Notes under the pieces: generated by a model | Told to the model about the DNA's origin: nothing | The model's database searches: none | Seen by the model: the letters and a program-made list of their open reading frames with translations, nothing else | Program-made: the position numbers and the translations under genes | Origin: Octopus vulgaris | Taxonomy: Eukaryota | Length of the DNA: 64,000 bases | Assembly (NCBI GenBank): GCA_951406725.2 | Contig: OX597824.1 | Location: 31,434,001 to 31,498,000, forward strand | Reading direction: 5' to 3' | In this document: positions 12,830 to 25,320 of the stretch, piece by piece | Layout: every line of letters starts with the position of its first letter | Numbering within the stretch: the first letter of the stretch is position 1

Positions 12830-14520
12830 AAATAGGAGCCTCTCTTCCGATAGGGACATTTTTAATAGTGTTGCCCCAGTATATAATAATGGTCTAAAAG
12901 ATAGTGGTTTTAGCAAGGAAATAACTTATACACCTGTTACCAGTGCAATAATAAAGAAAAGGAAACATAGGAATAGGAAAACTATCTGGTTCACAGCCCC
13001 TTATTCCCCCGAAGTGACCTTTAATATAGGTAAATATTTCTTATCACTTATAGATGAACATTTTCCAATCAATTATAGTTACAGAAAGCTCTTCAATAGA
13101 CATAACTTAAAAATCAGTTTTAGCTCAACTACTAATTTAAAAAATATAATCGCACACAACACACAAAAACAACAAAATGAAACCAGCTGTTCATGCAGGG
13201 ATAAAAATCTGTACCTGCTAAATGGGGCTTGCATGTCTGAGACCATCATTTATGAAGTCAACATAAACTCTACAACCACTAAGGACATAGTTTTGTCAAA
13301 GAAATATGTGGGTCTCACAAAGGGGAATTTTAAAGCCAAGTTCGACAATCACACCTTGAGCTTCAGACACCAGGATAAAAGAAAAACAACCAAATTATCC
13401 AGTCATATTTGGTCCTTTAAAAAAAGGTGTCAATTACAACATCCATTGGAAGATCTTAGCCAAGTGAAAGCCTTACACCAACGGCAGTGGAAAGTGTGGT
13501 CTTTGTGATATGGAAAGATGGTTCATCTAGAAAAGCAGCTTAGACTCTGTTACATGTCTAAATTCAAGAACTAAACTTTTTGGATCATGCCCACATATGC
13601 CTAAATATTTGTTACATTTTTGGTCCCTGCAAGATCACAGATAGAACCTGCTTTTTATATTGTGTCCACATACAAGCATTTTATCTCTATATATTTTTTA
13701 TATATATATTTTACATATTTTTATTGCTTTATATATTTTTACATATTTTTTTCTGTACATTTCCTTTCACCCTGCATTTTTTTGTGCATATGTGTATATA
13801 GACGTGTATATGAACATATTTGTGCTCATATGGGTATATATACATGTGTGTTTGTGTGCGGGTATGTATATGTGTACATATATATATGTATACATATAGG
13901 TGTGTGTGTGTGGGTGGGTGTACATGCATGTGTTCCACGCGAATGTGAGTGAGCATATGCATATATAGCATATGCATATTTTAGATGAGTATATGAATAT
14001 AATTGTATGCATATGGGTATGCGTATGTGTGTGTGTGTGCGTGTGTGTGGATATGTATATGTGTACATCTGTATGGTTGCATATATATGTGCACATATAG
14101 GTGTGTGTGTGGGTGTGCACGTATGTATTTCACGTGAGTGTGAGTGAGCATATGCATATATGCACATGTACTTGGGTGTGTGTGCATGCATGTGTATGCA
14201 CATGTGCATATATGCGAATTCTATGAGCGTTTTTTTTTACTTTCTTCCCGTTACTTATAAGTCATTCTAATAGCACTTTTGTTTGTCTTAATAATGGTCA
14301 TCTACACAGTAATTTTTCTTTGTTTAACGGTCATTTTGATAGCATTTTTGTTTGTCTTAATAACTGACGAGATGCCAGAGCAGATTTGTGTCCCAACATC
14401 TGAAACTCGGAGTTTCATTATGGAACCGAATAATTGTCACATATTATATTACAGATAAATTCCTCTATTTACAAAGTATTGAGGGCTCATTCATTCTTTT
14501 GTTGTCATACTATTACTATT
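12830..14520 (+). mobile_element. Penelope-like element relic (RT C-terminus, GIY-YIG endonuclease, 3' pLTR region)
   Basis: IWFTAPYS...NIGKYFLSLIDEHFP, CSCR, IIYEV...KYVGLTKGNFK (GIY-YIG) and a frameshift. Degenerate hammerhead motif at 14358-14420. Confidence 0.8.
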
Positions 14521-15061
14521 AATATATTTACATATATCGTTGGAGGGTCAGTGAAGCAATTGTGGTAAATGCAGTTGGATTGTCTCTAGCATAAACAAGG
14601 CTTCTACAGAAAAAAACAAATGACCCCATCAAGCTGATCAAGAGTACATCTATCTGTTAGCTATCTAGAGATGACTAGAACATCATCTCTATAGAGACCA
14701 AAGAGAGCACAACTTAAGGGGCTCCTTCAGCTGAGCACCTAACATCAAAAAAAATTTTAATATGCTCCCCTAAGCCACAATCAGAAGCAAGAATAGGGTT
14801 AAAATATATTTGAAACAGTTTGATTTCTGCTGTAAGATACTTTATTGCATGTTCAGTTTGGGAGTACTCCAAACCATTTTAGGTAGGTTTCAATTACTCT
14901 TAACTATCAGCCTATGACCCCCAACATGCAAAATGGTAGTGTTGGTACCGTATAACAAATAAAGAAGAACAGCTTGAAATCCAAGTCAATAAAGACTTTT
15001 TTCATCAATATTAATAATTAAAAAATTTAGGTGTATCAATACATCCTTAATCAGTACTTAC

Positions 15062-15271
15062 CCATAAGCTTACACAAAATGATCCGGCAGCAACTGCTTC
15101 GTTTGGATAGTAATAAATAATGTAGTTATCATTTGAGTAATCATAAATTCTACGTATTGAATAAGCCTTTACTGAAAAACCGACAATTGAAATAATGAAA
15201 CCGAGAATTCCAAGGACCAAATGCAGCGCTCCTGTTATTGTCATTGAGGTGTACTTGAATGTAGAAATCAT
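15062..15271 (-). CDS. MS4A/CD20-like four-TM protein, gene 1, first coding exon (MISTFKYTSM...AAGSFCVSLW, 70 aa; TM1, loop 1, start of TM2)
   Basis: Exon 15295-15062 has a ttttttcatttttAG acceptor, ATG at 15271 and a TGG|GTAAGT donor (phase 0). Hydrophobic segment GALHLVLGILGFIISIVGF. Joins in frame to three further exons. Confidence 0.85.
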
Positions 15272-16004
15272 CTTCAATGCTGATATGAGACTTATCTAAA
15301 AATGAAAAAAGTTTTAAAACTTAATTATGAACAAAGTAAATAGGGCTTTTGCTGTTTTTCAAATATCACTTGCAAAAATCATTAATACAAATATAATCAA
15401 ATTTATAATTTTGGAGCAAATAGGATTAAAACTAACATAGATACCGAAAATAAGTAACTCAAAAATAATAGTTAAATTACATGGCCATCTAAAACTAATG
15501 TGGTGGAACTCTACTACAGCCATTGTCCATGTTTTATTGAAGAATATTATAATTAGACCAAAAATATTTCATTTTCCCCGCAGCCCATCAAATAGCAACA
15601 ATTTTTCATAACAGAACCTTGTATTTATTTTCATTTAGTTTTATCTTGTGTAAGTGATGAAAAAGAGAGTTAACAAAATGAAATTTTATATAAATTATGT
15701 CAACGTAAATAATGTAAGTTTTAATATAGTTTGTTATCCTCTTGATTTAATGTTTATTTCATATAGAAAAAAGATTTTACAATTTGGAAAATGTATAAGA
15801 GAAAAATAATAAAAATAAAATAAAAACAAAATCATTTCCATGTAGAGAACTAAGATTGGTGGGTGGGATAAAGAAATTTTGTCTTCTTTAGAATGTAAAT
15901 TTGAAATGTTCCAGAATGTGAAATACAATAAAACTACAAAAACTAATATAAAAATTGCAAGTAGCATCAGGAGCGGTCTTAATACCAAAAGCTATTAGTT
16001 ATTG

Positions 16005-16541
16005 CCACTTAAAAGTAGATGCGTTAGAATACTACAACAGATACCATGAGAGAATGTCTGATACAGTCTTTTGGTGCATATAAGCAATTTTGTTCACACT
16101 GCTAGCAGGAGATAAATCACTGCCATCACTGAGACTACCAGATCACATGATTTCAGCTTTTCCTGGCCTCTGAATGGCAGACACTCAACTGATGAAGATA
16201 GCATTAATATCTGTCAATATTAATACTGCTCCCGTTCGTACTAGTTATTTTTTAGTAAGCTCACTAGCTATTCATGACACCAGGGTCTGATTAGATACTG
16301 TGATTCTATGTACACCACCAGTTGAGATATAGCTGCTATCTTCAGCAGTTGAGTATCTGCCATTAAGAAGGCCAGGGAAGGCTGAAATCACATGATCTGA
16401 TAGTCTTGATGGCAGTGATTTATTTCCTGCTAGCAGCATAAACAAGACTGCTTACATATACCAAAAGACCATATCAGAGATTCTCCCATGGGAACTGTTG
16501 TAGTATTCTGTATTCTAACACCACATCCACTTTTAAGAGGG
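16005..16541. mobile_element. Foldback MITE, ~205-bp imperfect inverted arms
   Basis: 16005-16210 is the imperfect reverse complement of ~16330-16541, e.g. GCTAGCAGGAGATAAATCACTGCCATCA versus TGATGGCAGTGATTTATTTCCTGCTAGC. Confidence 0.85.
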
Positions 16542-16977
16542 GATAAATTAAATAAAAATCCTTTTAATGGTGGTTGCTGTTTTAGTGGGTGAGGACATGT
16601 TTAAAATACACAGATTTTTTGGGTTTTTTTCTAAAAATTTGAATTACATGAGTTTTAGAATGTAGAATATAAGAAAGAGAATAAAAATTGTCAATAGTGA
16701 TGTCTGTCATGAAGATACAAGTAGGAGGGACGGGGAAAGCATTTAAAAAATTATGGATTAAAATTTTTTTTTAAAAGCTTCCTCTTCCCCCATCATTATG
16801 AAGTACATGGTGCGAAAAGAAATTTGGAAAATCCTAGTGAAAAAGAAGAAAAATTCAACTTATGTGAGCAATTCAGAAAATCCAGCTATATATACATGCG
16901 TGTGTTTGTGTGTGTGTGTATCTCAGAGATATACTTGTCTGGTATCTTATCAATGGTATTATTATTTTTTCTTTTAT

Positions 16978-17350
16978 TAAAGGTGGCAAACTGGCAGAAT
17001 CATTAGCAGGCTGAAATTCTGAGTTTAAATTCTGCTGGGTTCAACAATGCCTTTCATCCTTTTGGGAGTCAATGTAATAAACTTAATCCCTTCCCCCAAA
17101 TTATGCTTCCAGTAGAAGGATTATTATTATTATCAGTATTATAAAAGGTGGAGCACTGGCAGAACCATTAGCATGCTGGACAGAATGTTTAGTGGTTCTG
17201 AGTTTCAAATTCCGCTGGTGTCAACTTCACCTTTCATCCTTTCAGGGTCGATAAATTAAGTATCAGTGAAACACTGGGGTCGATGTAATTGACCATTCCC
17301 CTCGCCCCAAATCTGAAGCCTTGTGCCTCCAGTAGAAAGGATTATTATTA
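16978..17350 (+). mobile_element. Two tandem SINEs of a second family
   Basis: Two copies of AAGGTGG..CTGGCAGAA...CCTTTCATCCTTT..GGGTCGATAAA...AGAAAGGATTATTATT. Confidence 0.75.
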
Positions 17351-19005
17351 CACTGGTCAACAAAATTAAATGTATTATACTCATTATGAATGCAAATCAA
17401 CTTTTTAGACTAATTTTTCATGTTGATTTCAAAATTTCACACCATTTGTATGCAGCATGTACCAGTATTTCAGTAGATACACGCAAATATTTACATCTTC
17501 TGTTTCTCCATAGCACTAATGTCCTAGTGAAATCATTCACTATGTTCATCAGACATTGCTCCAAGGTTATCTGTGAAGAAATCCAGATGGGAGCCCAAGA
17601 AGTGAATGTTCAGTGACACGCAATAACCCATTGCTGAGTAATATCCCAGAAGATTCTTGACACTATCCTTGAAGTCAATTGCCTTCTTGTTACCCAAGAA
17701 ATTCTCGCAGATCCAATGGAAAGCATTACAGGCAGGCAGTTCCAGTTCATCCAGTGTTGTCTTGAAGTTGACATCTTTGAGTACTCCTCTAATTTGGGGG
17801 TCTGACAAAGATACCCTCTTTCAAACTCGCCTGAGTGATTTGGGGAACTTTTCTACAATATACTCGAACCCTCTGCCATTTCTCTTCCCTAGTGTCTTTA
17901 CAAACTGTTTCATCAGTCCAAGTTTTATGTGCAAAGGAGGCAATAGGACATTACACGGATCTTCAAGAGTGTATTCTTGATGCTAGATAGTCTTGGCTGG
18001 TATGATGTTCTTGCTGCCAGTCTGATTCCAAATAATGTCTGTCAGTTGCCCGACTATCCCATAGACACAAGAAACAACAGTATTTTGTGAAACCTGACAG
18101 CATTCTCATTAACATTCCAATGCCTTTCAAATCTCCACATATTTTCCATGAGTATCTTTCATAGGCAACGGCATGAAATAAAAGTTCCATGTTCTCATAT
18201 GGTTCATGAAGATGAACAGAGTGTGCAATAGGAATGGAGGACTTCAAATTACCATTATGAAGAAGTACATCTTTTAAACCTCGTTTTGAAGAGTCAATAA
18301 ATAAATACCATTCTGCAGGATCATGATTTTGAGATAAACATTCGAAAAGTCCATTGATGTTATAGCAAAAGCAGGCCTTCAACAGAGAAATATGTTTGTA
18401 GAACCACATTTCTCTGCTGAAAATAAGTTACACAAACACCATGTTCTAGCAGATACTTCTCCTTCAGTCTTGATGCCAACAATTCTGATTTATCTTTTGA
18501 GAGGTATAAGTCTCTGACAAGATCATTCAGTTCAGCTTGGGAAAATTTTTGAGGTTGAAAGCTATCATCATCAGCCATGTAATCTTCCTCAGCAGCACTC
18601 TTGTGACGGTCAGCATCATTATCTTATGTTTCAATACCATCATCTGGTGGAATTGGAATTGGCAGACTTCCATTGTGAGGCACAGGTCTGATTGCAGAAT
18701 CCAAATTGGGATACACAATTTTGTGTTTATTCTTCATAGAAAATCCTGTGACATTATTTTGAAAAAATAACAGTCATTAAAATGGTCATTCAGCTCCATA
18801 TCATTGGAATGGCAAAAGACATGGACTTCAATCTGAACCAGTCATGTAAGCCATTTGAGCAAGCCGAGCACATAAAATGTGGGGCCCATAACTTTTCTTG
18901 ATCACCAAGAGGTCAGTCAAAGTATAGCTTATAAATCTTCTTGATCTCTGATGTTATTGTACATTTTTGAGCTTTCACAATGAATTGTCCACAGACATAA
19001 CAAGA
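17351..19005 (-). mobile_element. Chapaev-type (CMC superfamily) DNA transposon relic, frameshifted transposase
   Basis: FIDSSKRGLKDVLLHNGN, WKICGDLK, GFTKYCCFLCLWDSRA, FLGSHLDFFTDNLGAMSDEHSE and ELNDLVRDLYLSKDKSELLASRL across ORFs 17533-18718. CACTG terminus at 17351. Confidence 0.8.
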
Positions 19006-19160
19006 TATTTCAGGCCTTATAATAGAAAGGATTATTATTATTATTATTATTACTTGTCTTTCGTCCTTTGGGGTCGATTTGATAAGTACCAGTCAACTAG
19101 CCGACTAGCATACATACACCCTAAAATTTCAGGCCTTGTGCTTATTAGCAGAAAGAGTAG

Positions 19161-21896
19161 TTAATGTTTACTTCAACTCCTGGTCACCAATACAAAAAAA
19201 AAAAAAAAGTGTAATAGGTGTAAAATAACGTGTAGAAAACAAATATAAAAAGAAAAATTTGCACAAACCAACAGGGTGGGGAAAGGACTTTCAGAAAATT
19301 CACATGATCCGATTTTTCCCTCTTAATTTGTGGGTATCTTTTAATGAAAGTTTATACAAATACTTTTAAAATGGCATAGATCACAATTATAAAGAAATTT
19401 GTGGGAGAAAATTTTTTCAAAGAGGTGGGGAGAGGAGTTTCAGAAAAACGGAATTTCAGATCAAGAAGACCACATAAGTTGGAATTTCTCTGCTTTTGGA
19501 GTTGTTTTTCACCACAGCCTTCAAAATGATGGGGAGCATCTTTTTATGAAAACCATGGTTTGGAAAATTTACAATTTTTTTACTCTATATATTTCTGTGT
19601 ACTTCTCTCTCTGTTCATTCGGATAAGCTTTAGAAATTGTTGCGCTTATGCACACACAAACACAAAAATTGTCCAGACATTTAGCTATTATCTTTAGCAT
19701 ATCGAGTTTCATGGTGAAGACTTCACATGCTGTAATCCTTTTTCTGTTTCACTATAAATCTACGCATGTAGAAATGGATGAAACAGCCGTTTCATTTCCG
19801 CGTTTAGACAGTGGGATGTGGTAGCAAAGGGATGTGGATCAATTTTGGAGATTTTCATAAAAAATTTGAAATTAAAACTGGTCTTTTTTTTCCCCAATAT
19901 TCTTAATCTCCGTATTTTGCAATGTAGATTGAAAAACAAATTCCGAAAAATTGTTAAAAACTGGAATCTGGGAGTGGGGGTGAATTAAAAATTTTGTAAA
20001 CGTGGTTTTTTGCCTATTTGGAATCTCCATCATGGAAAACATAGGAAACTGGTGAAAAAAAATTTTTTTTTAAATGGTAAAGTCTGTTTCATGTGAGGTG
20101 AGGGTGACTGTGCCAGGTCCCCCAAAATGATAATTTAAATTTTTACCCTCGCCTTAATTAAATGAGGCCGTGTATGTGTGTGTATGTGAGAGAGAGACAA
20201 AAAATGTTTCAAACAGAAAAGTATGCCATTTAAAATTAATGGTTAATGAGGACATTATAGAAAAAAAAACAAAAAAAAAAAAAATAGTACATCAGGTAAA
20301 AAAAAAAAGGTGTAGGAAACGAATATGAAACAAAAATGCTCGGAAAGCAACAGGGTACAGAGAGGCCTTCGAAAATTCACAAGATCCGATGCTTTTCCCT
20401 TGTAACTTTGAGGAAAATATAATCCTTTTGAAATCACAAATTAGGCTTTTCCTCAGGAACTTGGATGCTAAACATCCCTTTGAAGGGTTCGGGTCCTTCT
20501 ATTATATATGTGTGTGTGTGTGTGTAGTAGTAGTAGTAGAGGTAAGGACCCGAACCCTTCAATGGGATATTTAGCATCCAAGTTCCTGAGGAAAACCTAC
20601 TTTGTGATTTCTCAAAGTTACGAGGGAAAAATTCGGATCTTGTGAATTTTCCGAAGTCCTCTCCCTACCCCCTTGGAAAAAAATTTCCCCACCAAATTTG
20701 TTTATAATCGTAATCTATACCGTTTGAAACGAATTTATATAAAATTTCATTTAAAAAAAACCCTTTTCCTAAAAGTTAAGAAGGAAAAACATTGGCTCAT
20801 GTGAATTTTCCGAAGGCCTTTTCCCATCCTACCCCCGTTGCTTTCCAGGCATTTTTGTTTTCATATTCGTTTGCTGCGCCTTTTTTTACACCCTTTGCCC
20901 TACTTTTTTTTTTCTTTAGATTTCATTTCTGGGTAATAATGTCAAAATTAACCAAATTAATTATCTTTTATATACCTTTTTTTTTAAAAAAAAAAAAACC
21001 CACTGTAGATAAATCCCAGAAATGGCCTCAGGTTCTCCAATATAAATTATAAACAGAAACAATCAGGGGCGGGGAGTAGGGTTGAAAAAAAATCATAAAT
21101 TAAAAAATTTTTTATATAGCATAAATGTGATTATGGGTAGAAAAATATTTTTTTCTACTCTAGGCGCAAGGCCCGAAATTTTGGGGGAGTGGGCCAGTCG
21201 ATTAGATCGACCCCAGTAAGCAACTGGTACTTAATTTATCGACTCCGAAAGGATGAAAGGCAAAGTCGACCTAAGCGGAATTTGAACTCAGAACGTAAAG
21301 ACAGATAAAATAATGCATAGAAAAATATTGGAAAACAGCAATGAGAGTGAGAAAGAAGCGAAGAAGGTTGTCTTTGGATGTGCTAGAAACGACAGCCAAA
21401 TTTCCTTTAAATCACGCTTTTTCCTCTGAAAATATTTCCATTTTTTCTTTTTACTGAAAAGACTTCTCCCATAGTTTTTTAAGAGCAAAATCTTGGCCAA
21501 AATCGGTCCGGAGGTGGGATGGGGTAAGTAAAAAAGATTAACTTATGTGGTCTTCCTGATCCGAAACTCCGTTTTTTTTTTTTTTTTGTGGGAGGGGGTT
21601 CCGAAACTTTACTCCCTACCTGCCCGTAGGGAGAAAAGTTCCACAATTTCTTTATAATCGTAATCTATGCCGTTTGAAAGGTATTTGTATAACTTTTCAT
21701 TAAAAGATACCCATTTTCCAGAAAGTTATTAGGGAAAAAATCGGATCGTGTGAATTTCCCCCAAATCCTTTCCCCACAGATTTCTTTATAATCATAATCT
21801 ATGCCGTTTGAAAGGTATTTCTATAAGATTTCATTATTAAATATCCATTTTCCTGAAAGTTCAGATAGAAACATAGGGAGTTAAAGTAAACATTAA
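19161..21896. mobile_element. ~2.7 kb degenerate foldback element
   Basis: Termini TTAATGTTTACTTCAACTCC and GGAGTTAAAGTAAACATTAA. Internal inverted blocks 19270-19480 / 21530-21780 and 20350-20498 / 20544-20670 surround a central microsatellite. Confidence 0.75.
21150..21306 (-). mobile_element. SINE (second family) inserted in the foldback element
   Basis: GAAAGGATGAAAGGCAAAGTCGACC...GAATTTGAACTCAGAAC. Confidence 0.8.
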
Positions 21897-23139
21897 CCGA
21901 GAGAATTATTATGTCACTCCTGCAAGCTACTGGTCACGCGTAACCCAGTATCTGTTGCTAAGTCGGGCCTTCGGAGGTTAAACTGGGTGTAAGTATGGAC
22001 GTTTTCGGACACCTGGAAGTTGGAAAACAAGATACGTCAAAAGAAGAACGAACTCACGCGAGTCAACTGGCATCCAATATATTTATACACACCAACGAAT
22101 CTGGCCTGGTGTTCAGGGGGTGAATTTTGCCTACTACAGTAGGTTGAATTCCAAGGTGTGGTGAATAACTCTAATAGAAAACTTGTTGGCGTGTTGTTAA
22201 TTGAGTTTATAGAAAATATGTGGATCAACCTTCAGCTATTAACATTTCCCAAAAGAGGGGCGGATCCTATTCAAGCCTTTCGCCACTGAAAACTAATTAT
22301 CTTTATAAGCAACTGACACCTTTTAACATCTCATTCGTTGAAATCAGTAAATGAAAATTCCGAAATTCCTCTCCCTATCTATCGGAAATTTTTTTTTAAA
22401 AACAAATTCCAACATAATCGGAATCTACATAATTTGAAGATTATTTGTAAGAAATCTAATTAAAAAGTATCCATTTCCCTGAAAGTTATATGGAAGCGAA
22501 GCTGGGCTGTGACACACTTGTGTGGGCAAAAATGTAACTGATTCTATTTAAATTTTCTTTTTTGAAGATTTTATCATTTCAAAATAAACACATACACACG
22601 TTCTTAAATAGCTATTGCTTAATAAAAAAATTACCTGTATATTAGAAGTACTGAAAATAGGTAAATCCTTTTAATATCTCCTGCGTAAGCTTTCTCCGAG
22701 TAAAGGGTGTCACAGAATGACGTTATTGTTGACTTAATTGTTACAAGTTCAACTTTTTCAAATTTTCATCAGAATATTCTTAAAACATACACGTCTCATT
22801 TACTTTTTGATGCTGATGATGAAAATTGCATCCACTTTTTCTAGAAATTAATAATAAAGAAGTTACAAACATTAAAAATAATTTAATTTTAGCCAATCAG
22901 CAACCTTCATTTCATTTCATATTGTTTGTGCTGATTTCCACACAAACTTTTAAGTGTTCTCTCCACCTGCTAGAAATAGCAGCCAACTCTGCAGGTGAAC
23001 ACGAAAGATCGCCCTCGCTTGAGGCTGGCCTAGGTGTTTCTACATTCTGAATGCTATTACATTTAAATTAAAGTGTATCTCCACGGATGCAGTCTTTTAT
23101 CGAACCCAAAATCCTCAAAAATTGTAAACAAAGTTTAAA

Positions 23140-25320
23140 CACCAAACTTCGATACTTTCACACGCACGATTTTCACCACCCCCACCCCAAAAAAAAATAA
23201 ACCTCGGATTTTTTGCATGGAATCAAGTACCCTGATTTCCTAATATGTTGCAAACCCTTTATTTTTGTTGGGAAAAAAGGTGGGAGTGGAGAAACTGAAC
23301 CCCCCCTCACCCCATCCCGGAATCATAGGAATTTTTTTTTTTTTCATTGAATGAATTACGGTGGCCTCCTAATATGCCACAAACCCTTTTTTTAGACCGG
23401 AAAACTGGGTGGGGTAAGTTCATCTGCACTATTTTCATTAAGTAAAAAACTCGGACCTTTTGCGTAGGATCAAGTACACTGACCTACGAATACGAACTCA
23501 TTTGCATACAGCCAATCAGAGTTCGCCTTGAAAATCCCAGTTCTATGTACTGCTACAGTACAGCCAGTCAGGCATAGAATGGTGTATGTTACAATTAAAG
23601 TACAACATAGTAGGTTTCATATAAGCATCATATCTTCTCTCACCATCCTTATAGATCAATTGAGCACCATCTCTATATGGAGGTAACATTAGGTACTTAT
23701 GCTCAGACTAAGATTAGTGATGCTACATGTACGCAAGGCGAGCGCAATACGACACAACTGAAAGAAGCTCGTATGCATATGTTTGTGTGTTTGTCCCCCT
23801 ACCACCGCTTGACAACCGATGTTGGTGTGTCTACATCCCTGTCACTTAGCAGTTCGGCAAAAGACACCTATAGAATAGGTACTAGGTTCACAAAGAATAA
23901 GTCCTGGGGTCGATTTGTTCGACTAAAGGCGGTGCTCCAGCTTAACCACAGTCAAATGACTGAAACAAATAAAAGAGTATTAAAATATTCGCGTGCGAAT
24001 TTAATATTTGAAAGCTACAAACAAATCAAGAGAAGTTGCTAGAAATAACAGTCAAAATATTGTTTAAAACAAACATCTATTAGTTAAAGAAATTCAAGAA
24101 CGAAAGTTTGCAATACACTCTAGGATTTTATAAAATAAATTATCTTCCTCATATCTCCTTCTCCTCATTAATTCACAAAGATAAGAATCAACCATGGAAC
24201 GGTGTGTCCCACACCGGCGTTTATTTCCTACACTCCTTGTCCACACGCGCAGCATCTTTGGTTACTATGGAAACAGAGTGTAAAAAAAAAAAACCGCTTT
24301 TTTGTTGCTATGGAAACCGATTTTTTAAATAATCGCTTCTGATTGGCTAAAATACCCAAATTTTGCAAATTTTAAAGGCTAATAACTTTTTAATTATGAA
24401 TCTAGAGGGAAAAAGAATTTCATTTTCATAATTAGTATACAAAACTTAATCCATATACTAAATGTGAAAATAATTGGAAAAAAATTGTAGACAGTGACGA
24501 AAACCACAAAAATCCGCTCACCGTAATGCATTCAACGAAAAAAAAATTCTAATGCTTCCAGGATAGGGAGAACCGGTTTCCCACACCCAACTCCTTTTTT
24601 CCGAATAAAAATAAGAGGTTTGCAGCATATTAGGAGGTCAGGGTACTTGATTCCATGCAAGAAATCCGAGTGTTTTTTTTTCTTGATGAAAATCGTGCTA
24701 GTGTACTTCCCAAGGGTGGAGGAGAGTGAAATTTCTGAGGGTTCCACCCTACCCCACCCCGTTTTCCGGACCAAGAAAAGGGTTTTGTGGCATGTTAGGT
24801 GGTCACCGTAATTCATTCAAGGAAAAAAAATTCCCAATGATCCCGGGAAAAAAAAAAATTCCAATGATCCCGGGATGGGGGGGGGGGGCAGATCCCCCCA
24901 CCCTATTTTCCGAATCGAAATAAGGGGTTTGCAGCGTATTAGGAGGTCAGGGTACTTGATTCCATGCAAGAAATCCGAGTGTTTTTTTTTTTCTTGATGA
25001 AAATCGTGCTAGTGTACTTCCCAAGGGTGGAGGAGGGTGAAATTTCTGAAGGTTCCACCCAAGCCCACCCCACCCCGTTTTCCGGACCAAGAAAAGGGTT
25101 TGTGGCATGTTAGGAGTTCACCCTTATTCACTCAAGGAAAAAAAAAATTTCCAATGATCCCGGTAAGAGGTGGGGGTCAGATCCCCTACCCTTTTTACCG
25201 AATCGAAATAAAGGGTTTGCAGCATATTAGGAGGTCAGGGTACTTGATTCCACGCAAAAAATCCAAGTTTTCTTCTCTTCTTAATGAAAATCATACGGGT
25301 GTAAGTATCAAAATTTACCG
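23140..25320. mobile_element. Foldback-like element with ~300-bp tandem subrepeats in its arms
   Basis: GCAGCATATTAGGAGGTCAGGGTACTTGATTCCA at ~24621, 24930 and 25219. Inverted copies at ~23215-23255 and ~23460-23485. Confidence 0.7.

Noticed and set aside
13014-13520. Possible selenocysteine-encoding (Naiad-type) Penelope ORF
   Set aside because: Cys motifs use TGT/TGC, and no in-frame TGA was seen at conserved Cys positions.
13580-14209. Multiple overlapping Tyr/Ile/His/Thr/Cys/Val ORFs (also at 30542-31099, 37224-37678, 47909-48187 and elsewhere)
   Set aside because: Stop-free TA/TG/TACA microsatellites.
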